Of a DNA stretch of 64,000 nucleotides, positions 49,372 to 63,269 are shown in pieces (positions within the stretch are counted from its first letter, which is position 1; each line of letters begins with the position of its first letter). The position numbers and the translations under genes were made by a program. Below the pieces are notes generated by a model, which was not told where the DNA came from, ran no database searches, and saw only the letters and a program-made list of their open reading frames with translations. This DNA is from Octopus sinensis (taxonomy: Eukaryota): contig NC_043002.1 in the NCBI RefSeq assembly GCF_006345805.1, forward strand, positions 41,478,001 through 41,542,000. The letters run 5' to 3'.

Positions 49372-52300
49372 TGAGAAATACTTGCAGAAGGGGTTCCTGG
49401 ATAGAGTATGAATGGGGGAAGGGGGTATCAGCAATTTCTTTTATTATTACTTCGTTATTACTTTTAGTAAGTACGCAGTGTTATTACATTACTTCTGTGT
49501 TTAATGGCAGTCTTCCATAACGCATTTTATCACTTCGGACAACTAACTATTCCTTTTAACTTGAAATTTTTATTTTATCTATATTTTATATTATCCTACC
49601 TACTTTTTTTTTCTTAATTCTTTATCTTTTTTTTTCTTAATTCTTTATCTTTTTTTTAACAACCTACAAAAGTAGAATGGTTGAAGATAGAATACTTTTT
49701 TTTTTTCTTCGTGGGGGCAACTCCCTGCCGAAAAAGCTGATAAGGAAACTATGCTTAATTGATAAAGGATGTTGTTTGTAGGGTTTATTTTTTGTTTCAC
49801 TCCACTCCAGCTTTTTAATATAGCTTGGAGAAATGTCATGGTTAGTTAGAATAATTTCTTTTGACATTCATTATGAATAAAAGATATTTTACTGAATGTG
49901 GTATCAAATTGATTTTCTTTTTTGTTTTTACTTAACACTTCAGTACATCTTATCCTCTGTACAGCTGGGTTATTATACAGGCCTGTGTGAAATGAAACAT
50001 TTCATGGCATATTTTTTTAATTCTTTATATAGAATTTATTTATTGTCAGTTGTTCCCCACACTTTTTCCCCCATCATCTTTCTCCTTCCTTCTGCGAATT
50101 GTACAGCTGTAGCATTTAACTTCTAAGTTATAGAGATAATTTAACAATCTTCGTACAACACCGTAAACCATTCTCTACAGTAATTACAGGGCTTTTGAAC
50201 AGATAGATCAACTACACTACTGCTGATTTATTTTTCACTGTATCGCACGCCAAAGTTTTCTGACCTAGAAAACCATAGTTAACCTTTGCCGTTGCACTCC
50301 AAATGAGCAAATTGTTTTGATAGAATAAGGCATGCAAAAGCTATTGGACATCTCTTATCTTAGAGATTATGGTCCCAAAATCAATTACTTGGATCTAGAG
50401 CTTTCTTCTTCCTAAATCTCCTATATCTAATTGCATCAATAATAACTCTCAACGCCAGCAATTCAGGTATCCTTAAGAAGCCTCTTCGTGGCTTTCTTTC
50501 ATCTTATCGCTTGCTTTCTATCAATCTCTGCTAGTATCAAACAATTTCTTGGCTATTGATATAATCCCTTATTTCCAAGCGTTAGTTTTGTTCTATTTCC
50601 AACTAACATTAGCTGTTCCTGCTAGACATCCAGTGATCCTGCTAGAGAAAATTTTCAGACTTTTCCATGAATTGGGCGATGGAAATTCGTGATATTTATA
50701 TAAAGACGTTTATTGATGTTAGGTGAATAGAACAGCACAAATGGAAATTAAAACAACTACACCGTGAAAACTTCCATTTAACAGTGTTTGTCTTAAACTA
50801 TTTTCTCTTTGAAAGAATTGTGTAGCTTCAGTGTGATTTATTTGACTCGAATTATGCCATGCTGACGATTCGAAATAAGGATGAAATAGCGCTATGCATG
50901 GTTACAAGCGATCGGAAATTTTATAGCGTTCATAATGCATAGGAGAAAAACAAATATTAGACGATAATATTATATTCTATGTATCATTTTCATTACTCCT
51001 TGATTTAAAATTCGGCATACTTACACAAATGTGTCCCAACCCGACTTTGTTTCCTCATAACTTTAAGAAAAATTGATATTTTTTAATGAAATTTTCAATC
51101 AAAATCTTTCTGATGGTGTAGATTTCGGTTATATCGGAATTTGTTGTGGAAATCTTTTTCATAGTGTGGCGTATAGGAGTTTCGAATAATTCACAGTAAC
51201 TGACTTAAGTTCTACATAACTTTCAGAAAAACGGCTTTTAAATGAAACTTTCTACAAATACCTGTCAGTTGGTGTTGATTACGATTATATTGGAATTTAA
51301 TGTAAAACGTACAATAAGTACTATGCTTACAAAGAATAAATCCTGGGGTCGAATTGTTCAACTAAATGCGGTGCTCCAGAATGGCCGCAGTCATATGACT
51401 GAAACAAATAAAAGAATATAAAATTTCTATTGGTACATCATATTGAATTAGAGAAAATCGAAAGAATTTTGAATATCTTGCCAAATTGTTCCTCTTTAAA
51501 TTAATAAATAAAATATGGTGTACATTACATTTCAAGTACAGAAGTAACTCGACTTTCTGTATTCTTAGACATTTATGTTACAATATATGTTAAAATAATT
51601 GATGAATTACAGCTTTCCCGTGTATTTGCATCATTGAATAGAGAAAACTCCACTTTTCTTCATAGATTTAATGTGGTATAACATGTAAATTAAAACATCA
51701 ATAATTTTGAAGATGGTTTAGAAAGGTGTTTGAGAATGCTTGTTTTACTTTTTTTATATAGTGTCTTAATTAGTTTGTACAAATATTTTCTTTAAAAATG
51801 TAAAATACCCCCCACCATCACTACAAATGAGAAAAAATAAAAGATGGAAGGATATAAAATCAATTGAAACCATTTAAACTGATACATAGAATAGTATATC
51901 CATGATCAACCATAAAGATGTACGATAAAAGATTCAGATACAATTAACTATTAAAATTAGAATTATTGTTGCAAGATTTTATTTTGTAAAAATTTCTTTT
52001 ATAAAGCTCCTCATAATTCTAGATTATTTCTAAAAATTAAAACACAAAGTTAGAACCTTTTCGGGTTAGAAATACAGTAATAGAAATGGTTTCCCAAGAT
52101 GTTTTAACCCATTTTGCCTGTCTAAAACATTTCCCTGAACGTCCATGCTTGTTTTCAGACTTTTACTTAGCCCTTGTTTCATACGTTCTCATACGTTTCC
52201 TTTCAAAATTCCAATTTTAACTTCCAGAATGATGAATGTACGCCGAGGTAACATGCCCTGTGTATCATGCTATACATGGGACAGGTTTAATACGAAGTTT

Positions 52301-52873
52301 AATATTTTGGATCATTTAGGCTTGATAAACCAGATAGAATCTAGCATAAGAATCAGTATGAAAATCTGCATTTGTGTTGAAATGCACCCCAAAACGTCAG
52401 ATCTGCTTTGTCAAGCGGAAAATATCCAATATTTCATCTATAAAGTCCAAGAATAGGAAGGTTTTTTTTTTAAGATTTCTTATTTTGGTAAAGTTGTCGA
52501 ATAAGCAACGGCTACATACCCAATTTACAAATGAAGCGATATAAGTAACTAGTAAAACTAATTTAAACTTGGCTAATTACGATTTTATGGACATAAAACA
52601 GCACACCTTAATATTTTTTTAACTCTCGGAGAGTTCACATGTGTAGCGTAAATATTAATTTCTGAGCTAATAAAGGAGCCTGTGATTAGATTTCGCCGCT
52701 TGTATATCACATGTGATACACAAGACATGTTTCCACGGCGTCCATGCATCATATATGATACACATTCCTGTAATACTCAGCTACCTGAGTAACTGGGGAC
52801 TTATGAAAAGAAAGCTTTATATTACTCAGAAGCTATGAAACAAATGTTAACTAAAAGTCTGAAAACAAGTATT

Positions 52874-53281
52874 GTATCTTTTCTGTTTGAACGGCAGTTT
52901 TTTAAAATAATTTCCACGTAACTAAACACTTTTAAATTTCGTATACTGGTAGAATGTGTTTATAAATCATCTTTTTCTCTTGGCTTTATTGAGAAAATTC
53001 TATGGTTTGTAAGATATTTGTTTTTTTTTCTTTGATTTCTGCAATTTCAACCAATCAATGACGTCTATTGAGGTGAAAACATTCTGTGCCGTTTGAATAT
53101 GTCCCTCGTTTAAGAAACAGATTGGGTTTATTTACATTTTTGAAGAAAAAAAGATACCCTTCCCCCCACCCCTAAACCTAACACAGATTGAAATGCAATA
53201 GATCGATACTAGGGTCATAATTACGGGTGACAATTTCATATGACACCGCTAGAAAAACTGCCGTTCAAACCGAAAAGATCC
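52874..53281 (-). mobile_element. Merlin-like MITE, copy 3, nested in MITE family X
   Basis: Same TIRs; TSD CAAGTATT / CAAGTATG (52866-52873 and 53282-53289). Confidence 0.85.
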
Positions 53282-55630
53282 CAAGTATGGACTTATGAAA
53301 ATGTTAAACAGACTTAATTACCCTTTTATAGTATATTTTATAGAGTAAAACATCATACTTTAGAGTTTCTGTAGACATTAGTGGAGACAAGCATGTCAAT
53401 TCTGTGGTCCTACCCCTGTTTTTTCATTTGTTCCTTCAAGTATCGCGATGGGATTCCCTTAATTGCCTTTTAATGCATTGGGTTCGTTCTTTTATTTTGA
53501 TACAGTAGTATATTCAGATTTGTAAGATAAATTTAGGACTGATATCAAATGCAAAAATATTCTCAATGTTACTCTACTCATATTATCGGTCTTGTTTTAA
53601 AGGTATTCTACAAAAAAAATAAATTAAAAAAAAAAAACTTTTAAGAAACCACTGGGTATCTTGTAACCTTCGTCTCATCACTTGAATCACTTGAATGGCA
53701 TCGAGCTCATAAAATGTTTATTTGTATGTGGAGCAAGACTTGAAGAGTGATCAACCATTTGTATTTGCTAATATTTTTGTACAGCAAGGTAACTAAGAAT
53801 TTACAGTAATCGTATACCTTGTTATTTTCTGAGAACTAAAGTAGATTAGTTCCCATCATATGTGTCAAGTAACGTGTAAATATTATTGTAAGATATTGGC
53901 CCAACACCTCTTCCCTTAATCTTCCTCTCATGCTATCTCTACAAAATGTCACAATTCCCCCCTCCACCTCAGCCTGTCCAAACACCCTTTTTTTATTTAT
54001 TTACTTTATACTTTGTCTTTTATATAAGTTTTTTTTTTTTCTCAATATTTTGTTCTACACTGGTTGGGTAACTTGACGAAACAGGAGCACAAGATTTGCT
54101 CTGAAAGGATTACTATAGCTAGTAATAAAAATAAAGGGACTCTTATTAGTGACAATGGCCTGTACCAAATGACCTGATGTTGCCAAAAAAAAAAAAAAAA
54201 AAATTAACCCTCACAAGAGACATCTGATATTCCTTTTACTTTCATTATTTTAAAATTGTTCTAAATTTGTTCAGCTACCAAAGATAGATGTTTTCAAATA
54301 GAGATGTGAATGTTGGTAATTTAATCGTTATCCGTAACAACGCCAATGTACTCTAACAACTATCTCTAAGTTTCCTGCTTCCTGCTTCCGAGGTGATGTG
54401 AGGATCAACAAACTTGATCTCTTTCCTTCTGTGTTAGTTTCCCTTAAGGGCTAGAGATAGTTCATGCAGTGTAACATGACAAGAAGAGATATAAAAATAA
54501 AAATCTGTTAATCTAAATTTATTTTTCTTTCGTATATTTTGTTGTGTTTTATAAAGCTATGCCAATCCTAATAGCCTTAATTTGGAAGAAATAAACAGTT
54601 TCTTTTAAATTATATATATAAATATATATATAGTTTAATTTGTTTTATTCTTATAGATGTTTATTTAAATATCTATATGTATTTCTATTGCCATTGTGCT
54701 TATGTGTACATGTATACGTGTGTATAAGTGTAGATATTTCAGTGCCTGTGCAAGTTCAATATTCGTATGTGTATAGAAATATAGATTTTTTTCTTTATGA
54801 AATATTCTCCCGTTTTCGTTTCTTTCTTCTTTTTTTTTTTTTTTTTTTGTAAATGAAGAAAAATTAGCACCCCTCCCCCATTTTGTTTTGAACACCAAGG
54901 GGCTAATTATCTCCCTTTATTTTACAAAATGTCAAATATTCATAAAAATGAAACCGTACGAGAGGAAACAATTGCCTTATTATTTTTATATATACACACT
55001 ATTTTGTATGTGTGTGTGTTCGTTAGTGGAATGTTGTTGTTGGAATTGTGCAGCTTATTCGTCACGAGATACGCTCACTCTGTCTCTCTTTTGCTTCCTC
55101 ATTCCAATCCATTCCAGTTTTGTTTGCGAGCAATGTAGTGTGGGCAGGGTGTATGGTTCTGGTCTGGTGGCGGAGGTGTGAGTAAGGCCAGATAAAGGAA
55201 AAGGGGCAGTAGATAAAGACTGCTTTGTTGGGAAGATAGGCGAGATTAAAAGAAAATCGAATGGTGTAGATAGTAAGGAAAGGAACAATTGAAAATAAAT
55301 AAATAAATAAGGATGCTATTTTGGAGGAATGAAAAAGAGTAGAGATATCGTTGGTCTCTTCCATACCTGATTAAACTGGCAAGGAAGTCTTCTACGACTC
55401 CACACATGTGTCAAAACAGGCATTAATATAGATGAGTCTTTCAGTAGGATCTACGATCCAGTTTCATTGCTTGTTGTTATGTAAGTTTACTCATCCCGTT
55501 CATATCACAGGAAAAAAATATAGACACCGCTTAGAGTAAAAAAGCTTTTCTTTCTATGTGCTGTTTTTGAAATCAATTATTTCTTTTTAAATGCTAAACT
55601 ATTCTTTATAGAAATAAACATAACAAACTG

Positions 55631-55666
<36 letters not shown>

Positions 55667-56144
55667 CAATTCAACTTCAAAGTAATTACTGGATGTTATT
55701 TTATCAAGAACAAGTCTGCCTTCAACAGTGAAACGAAATAAGAAAGACTTGAGTGTGATTTGAACTAAAAAAAATGTGGGGTCAATCAAAATAATATTCT
55801 TTACATGATACATCGCTCTCTTCCATCCGAGTCGTTAAGCCACGACAGTTTTTTTCCTCTCCTAATCAATACGATTTCCAAATACTTGTATGATTGAAGA
55901 GTTATTTGACACCATTAACAACGGCAGTAGTAGATTGTCATTCATTTTCATATAAATCTTTGCGGTGTAAATCCAACAGCACGTGCTGATCGTTATTATA
56001 TTATCAACAAATTTAAGCATCATTTGATAAAATATCTCATCTCTATAGGACAATGTATGTTTGTGAATAGTGTAGATAATTTTAAAATACAATTAGTATA
56101 CATGTTTTCGTGTTTAACCTGCTTGAAAAGCAGATATCACCTAA

Positions 56145-56550
56145 TAATCCGTCCTACTATTAGCACAAGGGCTGAAATTTTGGGGGAGGGGTAAGTCGAT
56201 TACATCGACCCCAGCACTCAACTGGTACTTAATTTATCGACTCCGAAAGGATGAAAGGCAAAGTCGACCTCGGCGGAATTTGAACTCAGAACGTAACGGC
56301 AGACGAAATACGGCTACGCATTTCGCCCGGCGTGCTAACGTTTCTGCCAGCTTGCCGCCTTTACAAGGACAGACAAAGGGATTAAGTCGATTATATCGAC
56401 CCCAGTGCGTAACTGGTACTTATTTAATCGACCCTGAAAGGGTGAAAGGCAAAGTCGACCTCGGCGGAATTTGAACTCAGATTGTAGCGGCAGACGAAAT
56501 ACGGCTACGCATTTTGTCCAACGTGGTAACGACTCTGCCAGCTCACCGCT
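56145..56550 (-). mobile_element. Head-to-tail pair of young SINE A copies (tail 1 and truncated tail 2)
   Basis: Two near-consensus copies with intact GTCGACCTCGGCGGAATTTGAACTC at about 56263 and 56454. Confidence 0.9.
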
Positions 56551-56918
56551 TTCAATAATTGGCCCTTTTCGTCTATGCAGACGGTCAATTCAGCTTAGAG
56601 GTCACTTAACCGAACATAGGGGCTCCTTTTTTTGCAGCTTCTTTCATGGCTGGTTCTTCCTGTGATTGAAGTGCAGCTTCTGTCACAGTACTTGCTATAC
56701 CAAGAGGGTGGCTCGGCGCTCTACATTTCTGTTGTTTTCCTTTCGCCGCTGACGCTTCTCAATTTGTTTGTTTCTGTAGCGCCTTCAATATTACCTAATA
56801 ATAAAATAGCTTAAGCAACAAACACACTCGATGGGTTTAGTATCTGTATACAATTTTATCACTTTTATTTTTAAATGTACTTTGAGGTTGTCAAATAACC
56901 ACCTACGGTACAGAGATG

Positions 56919-57346
56919 GGATCTTTTCGGTTTGAACGGTAGTTTTTTCTAGCGGTGTCATATGATATCGTCACCCATAATTATGACCATAGTATCGATC
57001 TATTGCATTTCAATCTATTTTAGGGTCAGGGTTAGTTAGGGGTGGGGATGGGGGAAAGGGTATCTTTTTTTCTTCACAAATGTAAATAAACCCAATCTGT
57101 TTCTTAAACGAGGGACATATTCATACGACACAATGTTTTTTTTACCTCAATAGACGCAATTGATTGGTTGAAATTGCAGAAATTGAAGAAAAAAAAACAA
57201 CAAATATCTTACAAACCATAGAATTTTCTCTATAAAGCCAAGAGAAAAAGATGTTTTATAAACACATTCTACCAGTATACGAAGTTTAAAATTTTTTAGT
57301 TATCTAGAAATTATGTTAAAAACTGCCTTTCAAACCGAAAAGATCC
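56919..57346 (+). mobile_element. Merlin-like MITE, copy 4
   Basis: Same TIRs; TSD CAGAGATG / CAGAGATA (56911-56918 and 57347-57354). Confidence 0.85.
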
Positions 57347-58884
57347 CAGAGATATATTATCAGTGTCTTGGACTTGAGAACACTAGACCAAATGGAACTC
57401 GTCGTGTAACCTCTTTTATGCATCTCAAGGTGCACCGAGGTTTAGCGTATTTACAGAAATCATTGTTTGTTGAGCAAACTCTTGAGATATGCCCTTGATA
57501 AGTTGATCCGAGCTGCAATACTTAGGTCAGACGGAGAATAAAGACAGATACTTTGCTTTTGAATTGAAGTTGGGTGCTCTGCAAGCCGAGGATATTATGT
57601 TTAACAGTGGGTTCTGCACGATCATACAGTATCGAGGAGGCAATGCTTCAGCGACTTTTCGGGCATGCCTGCATTTGAGCAATGTGATATTAACGCTGTT
57701 TCCGCTAATTAACTGTTGGTGGATCTTAAGTCAATCGCATGGTAGTCATGTGTAAGCTAATGTAATTATCATTAGTGTAATGCGAGGTATACATTACCAC
57801 CATCCCTTTGGCAAATGTTGTCATGTAGTTTATACTCTGCTACTACGTAAAAGGAAGGTAGTTATATATGAAATGTATGTGTATGCGAGTGAAAAATATC
57901 ACAGGTTTCTAATGGGCCAAGCACTGATTGGCTATATCGTTTAGAGGAAAAGTGACAAAAGAATGTCATGTTTCTTTTATTTTTGTTCTTTCACCAATGT
58001 TTACATCCTTGGTGAAAAATTCAGTCTTTCACACACCAGATGCACACGATGGGCTTCTTTTTTTATTTGCAAAATTCCACTCATAAGGTGTTGGGCGACT
58101 TGAGATTATGGTACAAGAAAATACTTGCCTCGAGTGTAGAGCTGAATGATCAAATCTAGAATCACGTGATTACAAAGTTGAACATGCAAAAAACGTTTCC
58201 GTTTTAAATATTGAAAGGAAGAAAAGGTAACGATTTTGTTACAACAGAAAGGTAGAACAGAAATTCTGCCTTTAGAATTTTGTGTGGGAAATCTCTTGGT
58301 GCGAATTACTTGTATGATTTAGTGGAGGCTACGGGTGCTTTTATTTATGTGTGAGGTGGGGATCTATCTTTGCCCAGAATATACATACATACATTTTGTA
58401 TAATAGAATGTGATCCTCACTATCTTTACTTTGCTGTGTATATTGTTTATGGTTTATTACAGTGGCTCTCATACTAACAAAATACCTTCTCCACAGACGT
58501 AGTGGATGCAAACCCAGTTTTTAAGAAGGGTATTCAAAGAGTGTTCATTGCCTCTTCCCCCATAATTTTAGCGGGTGCATTTGCACCTCCTGTACTCGAG
58601 CCTACGTCTCCTCAACAGGAAAAAAATATTTTAGTGAAATTTCCTCCCTCCTCCTTATTAATGAGAAAGCAAAATCACTCGTTGTAATGTTATTGGAAAA
58701 CTTTAAAAAGTTTCTTAACCATCTAACATTATTAAAAATATCCCCTTTTTAATCCTCACCCTACCCACACTAAGGAGGAGGTGTAATTTCCCGGTTCTGT
58801 TCTCCCTATGATAAACATTGGCTTCTTATTTCAACGTCTGCCTTTTTTTTTTTTTTTACTTATTAACAGATAAATATCTGCTGC

Positions 58885-59650
58885 ATATTTTATCGACCGG
58901 GGGCAATTGGTACTTAATTTATCGACCCCGAAAGGATGAAAGGTTAAGTCGACCTTGGCAGAATTTGAACTCAGAACGTAGCGAAATACCTATTTCTTTA
59001 CTACCCAAAAGGGCTAAACACAGAGGAGACAAACAAGGACAGACAAACGGATTAAGTCGATTACATCGACCCCAGTGCGTAACTGGTACTTAATTTATCG
59101 ACCCCGAAAGGATGAAAGGCAAAGTCGACCTCGGCGGAATTTGAACTCGGAACGTAAAGGCAGACGAAATACGGCTACGCAATACGGCTACGCATTTCGC
59201 CCGGCGTGCTTACGATTCTGCCAGCTCGCCGCCTTCATAATAATAATGGGTTCAAATTTTAGCACACGGATAAGTCAATTACATCGAATTCAAGAGGATG
59301 AAAAATCAATCTCGGACGAAAGTAAACAATACGTACACCCTGTGTTTAGAGTTAGGGTTAAGGTTTCGTTACACTGAAAACGGGTGGTATACGTATTCTT
59401 TATCTCCGCCGGAATTTGAACTCAGAACGTAAAGACGGACGGAATACCCGGTGTGCTAACGATTCTACTAGCTCACCACCCAACAATATAAGCACAAAGC
59501 CCGAGGGGGACTAGTCAATTGCATCGACTGGTACTTATTTAATTGGGCTCGAAAGGCAAAGTCGACCCTGGCGGAATTTGAACTCAGAACGTGAAGACGC
59601 ACCGCTCAGTATTTTCCCGACGTGTTAACGATTCTGCCATCGCGCCGCCT
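58885..59650 (-). mobile_element. Cluster of 4-5 SINE A copies or fragments in the same orientation
   Basis: GAATTTGAACTC(A/G)GAACGT recurs at about 58961, 59137, 59412 and 59575. Confidence 0.85.
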
Positions 59651-60316
59651 TAAAAAAAAGAAGAAAAAAAAAAGAAAAGAAATAACAAATAAATAAATAA
59701 TGTATTAAGCAATTTAATTTCCTAGCTGAAATTAAAACTTTATATTTGTTGATTTAAATTAGTATCAATTCACAAAACTGCTTCGCTTATTTATTCATTT
59801 ATTTATCAAATATTGTACGCTCACTCCCTCCCTCCCTCACACACACACGTGCGCGCATTCACCGTTCTTCTAAGACTTTATATCGCTTCGGTTATTATTT
59901 TCTTAACTTTCAATCCTTTTCATTTTTTTTTTTCCCATTCAATTTCATTCTTCCTTTATGTCGAAACTTCTCTTTTTATTTTCATCCGTTTATTATTGTA
60001 TTACAATTTCTTCCTTTCCGTATGAAGGGGTGGGGTGGGGGGAAATAATATGAATACAAAAGAATGGAATAGAGTATAGAGAGAATAATGCATACGAGTG
60101 GGTTGTTTGTTACTGGATCCAGCGAAACGAAAGTGCTTGAACCAGAAGATAGCCCCCACTCGGCCGTTATGTTATATCAGTTGAAACATGTTACCGAAAT
60201 ATTAACGATACTACTACATTCTAAATACACACCACCCACACATACATATAAATCTCTCCTTCTCTACACATTTACTGTATGTATGTATATACGTGTGTGC
60301 GCGCGCATATATATAT

Positions 60317-60355
<39 letters not shown>

Positions 60356-60450
60356 GTATGTTGATGAAAACAAAAAAATAGAACTCAAAATAAGAATATA
60401 TGTAAATTTTTATTAATATTTGGTGTGTGTGTGTGTATATATATATATTT

Positions 60451-60676
60451 ACACACGCAGGGTGGGCCAAAAGTCACGCATGAAATAAGTTCAATACGCT
60501 CTATAATTGTCAAAGGCATACTTCTGGGGGTTTTTTTAAAATTGAATAAAATATATAAAATAATGATGAGTACACACGTACTTGTACATGATAAGCAAAA
60601 TGAATAATAATAATAGCGTGATATAAAAAAAAAAGTCAAATGTTGGTCCGCGACTTTAAGCCCGCCCTGCGTGTGT
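60451..60676. mobile_element. Tc3/mariner-like MITE
   Basis: 27-bp inverted ends ACACACGCAGGGTGGGCCAAAAGTCAC / ACACACGCAGGGCGGGCTTAAAGTCGC (23/27) around an AT-rich interior. Confidence 0.7.
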
Positions 60677-61689
60677 CTATATATATATGTATGTAGACAC
60701 ACGCATGTACATTGTGTCCTGTATGCATGGGGTCTGACATTTATTTCTATAGTTGGTTCGTACCATGTTTTTTTTGTTTTTTTTGGTGAGGATGGTCAAG
60801 CCTTAGTGTTCACTCGTGTGTTTATCACTGTTTGGCTGTCTTTATATCGCGGAGAGCAATATAAAGATCGCCAGTATTAAAGGGACACACGACACACACA
60901 CGTACAGAAATTATATTGAACATGTTCACAAATGTGTTTCATTTACGTGTTCGTTTTTGGCCATTTTAATTATTTTCCCCATTTCACTTGTACGGACGGT
61001 TGTAATCTATTTATTTATCTTCCGCGAACTTTCCGAAATAGAATTTCAACGTTTACGTCTTCATTTCTACCTTTTACGATTTATCGTAAATCTTGTTTTG
61101 ATTCTTCTTTCTCAGTCTCTCTTTTCCTGCTTGCTTATTGCTTCACTTGTACTACTATTTTGTAGTATTGCTAGTATTACGAATCATAACCATTACTATT
61201 AGTACGGCTTGTATTATCACTACAGCTACTATTATTAGTACGACTAGATAACCACAACCACGGCTAGAATACATCTACTATTACTGTCTCTATCGTCAAC
61301 ATCGCCTATAATATTAATTACTACGACTGCCACAACCGCCAGCCACTATTACTAATATTACCACTAGTACAACCATCACCACCAGTTTTCCCTCATCGTA
61401 CCTTGTTAACACTGTTGTTGTCATCACATCTATTAGCTAAACCAAGCTACATACCCTCGAATCCATCCACTCTCACCGACTCTCCATAACCACTGCTGTC
61501 AGCGTTCTGCATCCCCTTCTTGTAATAACTTCTTTCTCCTAGCGTGTGCTTTAGCATGGTTATTCGGGGTGGGAGGATATTATACTCCTACACCCTCTCT
61601 GGTATATAGGGAGATCATCTTTTTATCCCCTCTCCCTACTCTTTTGCAGTATACTATTATGAAAGTCTAATTTTTTTTTTATTACCGTC

Positions 61690-62090
61690 TCTCTTTTACT
61701 TGTTTCAGTCATTGGACTGCAGCCTTGCTGCGGCACTGCCTTGAAGAGAGTTTTAGTCGAATAAGTCGACCCCCCCCACCCCCGTACTTTACTTTTGTTT
61801 TTAAGTTTGGTACTTATTCTATCAGTTCTCCTTTGTTTACGACCCTTAAGTCACGAGGACGTAAACAAACCAGCACCGGTTGTCAAGTTGCAGAAACAAA
61901 CAGAAACACTGACATACATACATACATGTGTATGTATACCATGTGTTTAAGAAGTTCAGTTCACAACCATGTAGTTTCAGGTTTAGTCCAACTATACAAC
62001 ATCTTGGGCAAGGTTCTTTTCTACTACGACATTGAGCTGGCTAGAGTCTTGTGGGTTAATTTGATTGATAGAAACTGAAAGTAGCTCATC
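61690..62090. mobile_element. SINE B with 3' half on the minus strand and 5' half on the plus strand
   Basis: 61690-61925 is the reverse complement of the B 3' half; 61935-62090 is the B 5' half in sense orientation, ending GAAACTGAAAG. Confidence 0.7.
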
Positions 62091-62268
62091 ATATAAGTGT
62101 GTTATGCATGCATGAGTGTCTGTTCAATGTCTTTTTTTCTTGACATTACATTCTGATTGTAAATATTCACTGTTCATATGAAAGCAGTGGTTTGTTTATG
62201 ATATTCCATGAAAATATGACCGGGATATTGAGCTGTTCATGTGTAAAGGTCTCAGCAGAAATATTGCC

Positions 62269-62486
62269 AGGCGGTGAGCTGGCAGAAGGTTTGCACGCCG
62301 GATGAAATGCTTAGCGGTATTTCGTCTGCCGCTACGTTCTGAGTTCAAATTCCATCGAGGTCGACTTAGCCTTTCATCCTTTCGGGGTCGATTAAATAAG
62401 TACCAGTTACGCACTGGGGTCGATGTAATCTGTCTGTCCTTGTTTGTCCCCTCAATGTTTAGCCCCTTGTGAGCAAAATAGAAATA
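62269..62486 (+). mobile_element. SINE A, tail type 2, young
   Basis: 12-bp TSD AGAAATATTGCC at 62257-62268 and 62487-62498. Confidence 0.9.
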
Positions 62487-62643
62487 AGAAATATTGCCTT
62501 GCCTTGAAGCAGATGAAAGTTGTTCACAGGAAGAGCAAATTGCCTGACCTATCTATGTAAGTGTGGAAAAGTGAACCCTAGATCAATGATGATGTAGATC
62601 TCTCTTTGTCTTTCTGTCTATCTCTCTATTTATCCATCCATCC

Positions 62644-62671
<28 letters not shown>

Positions 62672-62674
<3 letters not shown>

Positions 62675-62948
62675 ACTAGACTGTGATCTTGTTGAGGTAT
62701 TACTAGTGACCACAGTATTTATATCAGTCTACTACTTACTTTAGATGTTGTTAGTGAACTGGTAAGTTATTGGATGTAATATAAATAGCTGTCAAACACT
62801 CTCACATACACAGTTGATAGACTTTTGCACTGCTTCTGTCTACTAAATGCCAATCATAAGCCATTGATCAGTTGGAAGCTATAGTAGAAAAGTAGAAGGC
62901 ACTGCAATGGGATCAAATGTAGGACCATATGATGCTTAATACTTGTGC

Positions 62949-63000
<52 letters not shown>

Positions 63001-63269
63001 ACTAGACTGTAATCTTGTTGAGGTATTACTAGTGACCACAGTATTTATATCAGTCTACTACTTACTTTAGATGTTGTTAGTGAACTGGTAAGTTATTGGA
63101 TGTAATATAAATAGCTGTCAAACACTCTCACATACACAGTTGATAGACTTTTGCACTGCTTCTGTCTACTAAATGCCAATCATAAGCCATTGATCAGTTG
63201 GAAGCTATAGTAGAAAAGTAGAAGGCACTGCAATGGGATCAAATGTAGGACCATATGATGCTTAATACT

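Noticed and set aside
61185-61400. Thr/mucin-like coding stretch
   Set aside because: A decayed (ACT/ACC)n trinucleotide tract interrupted by stops.
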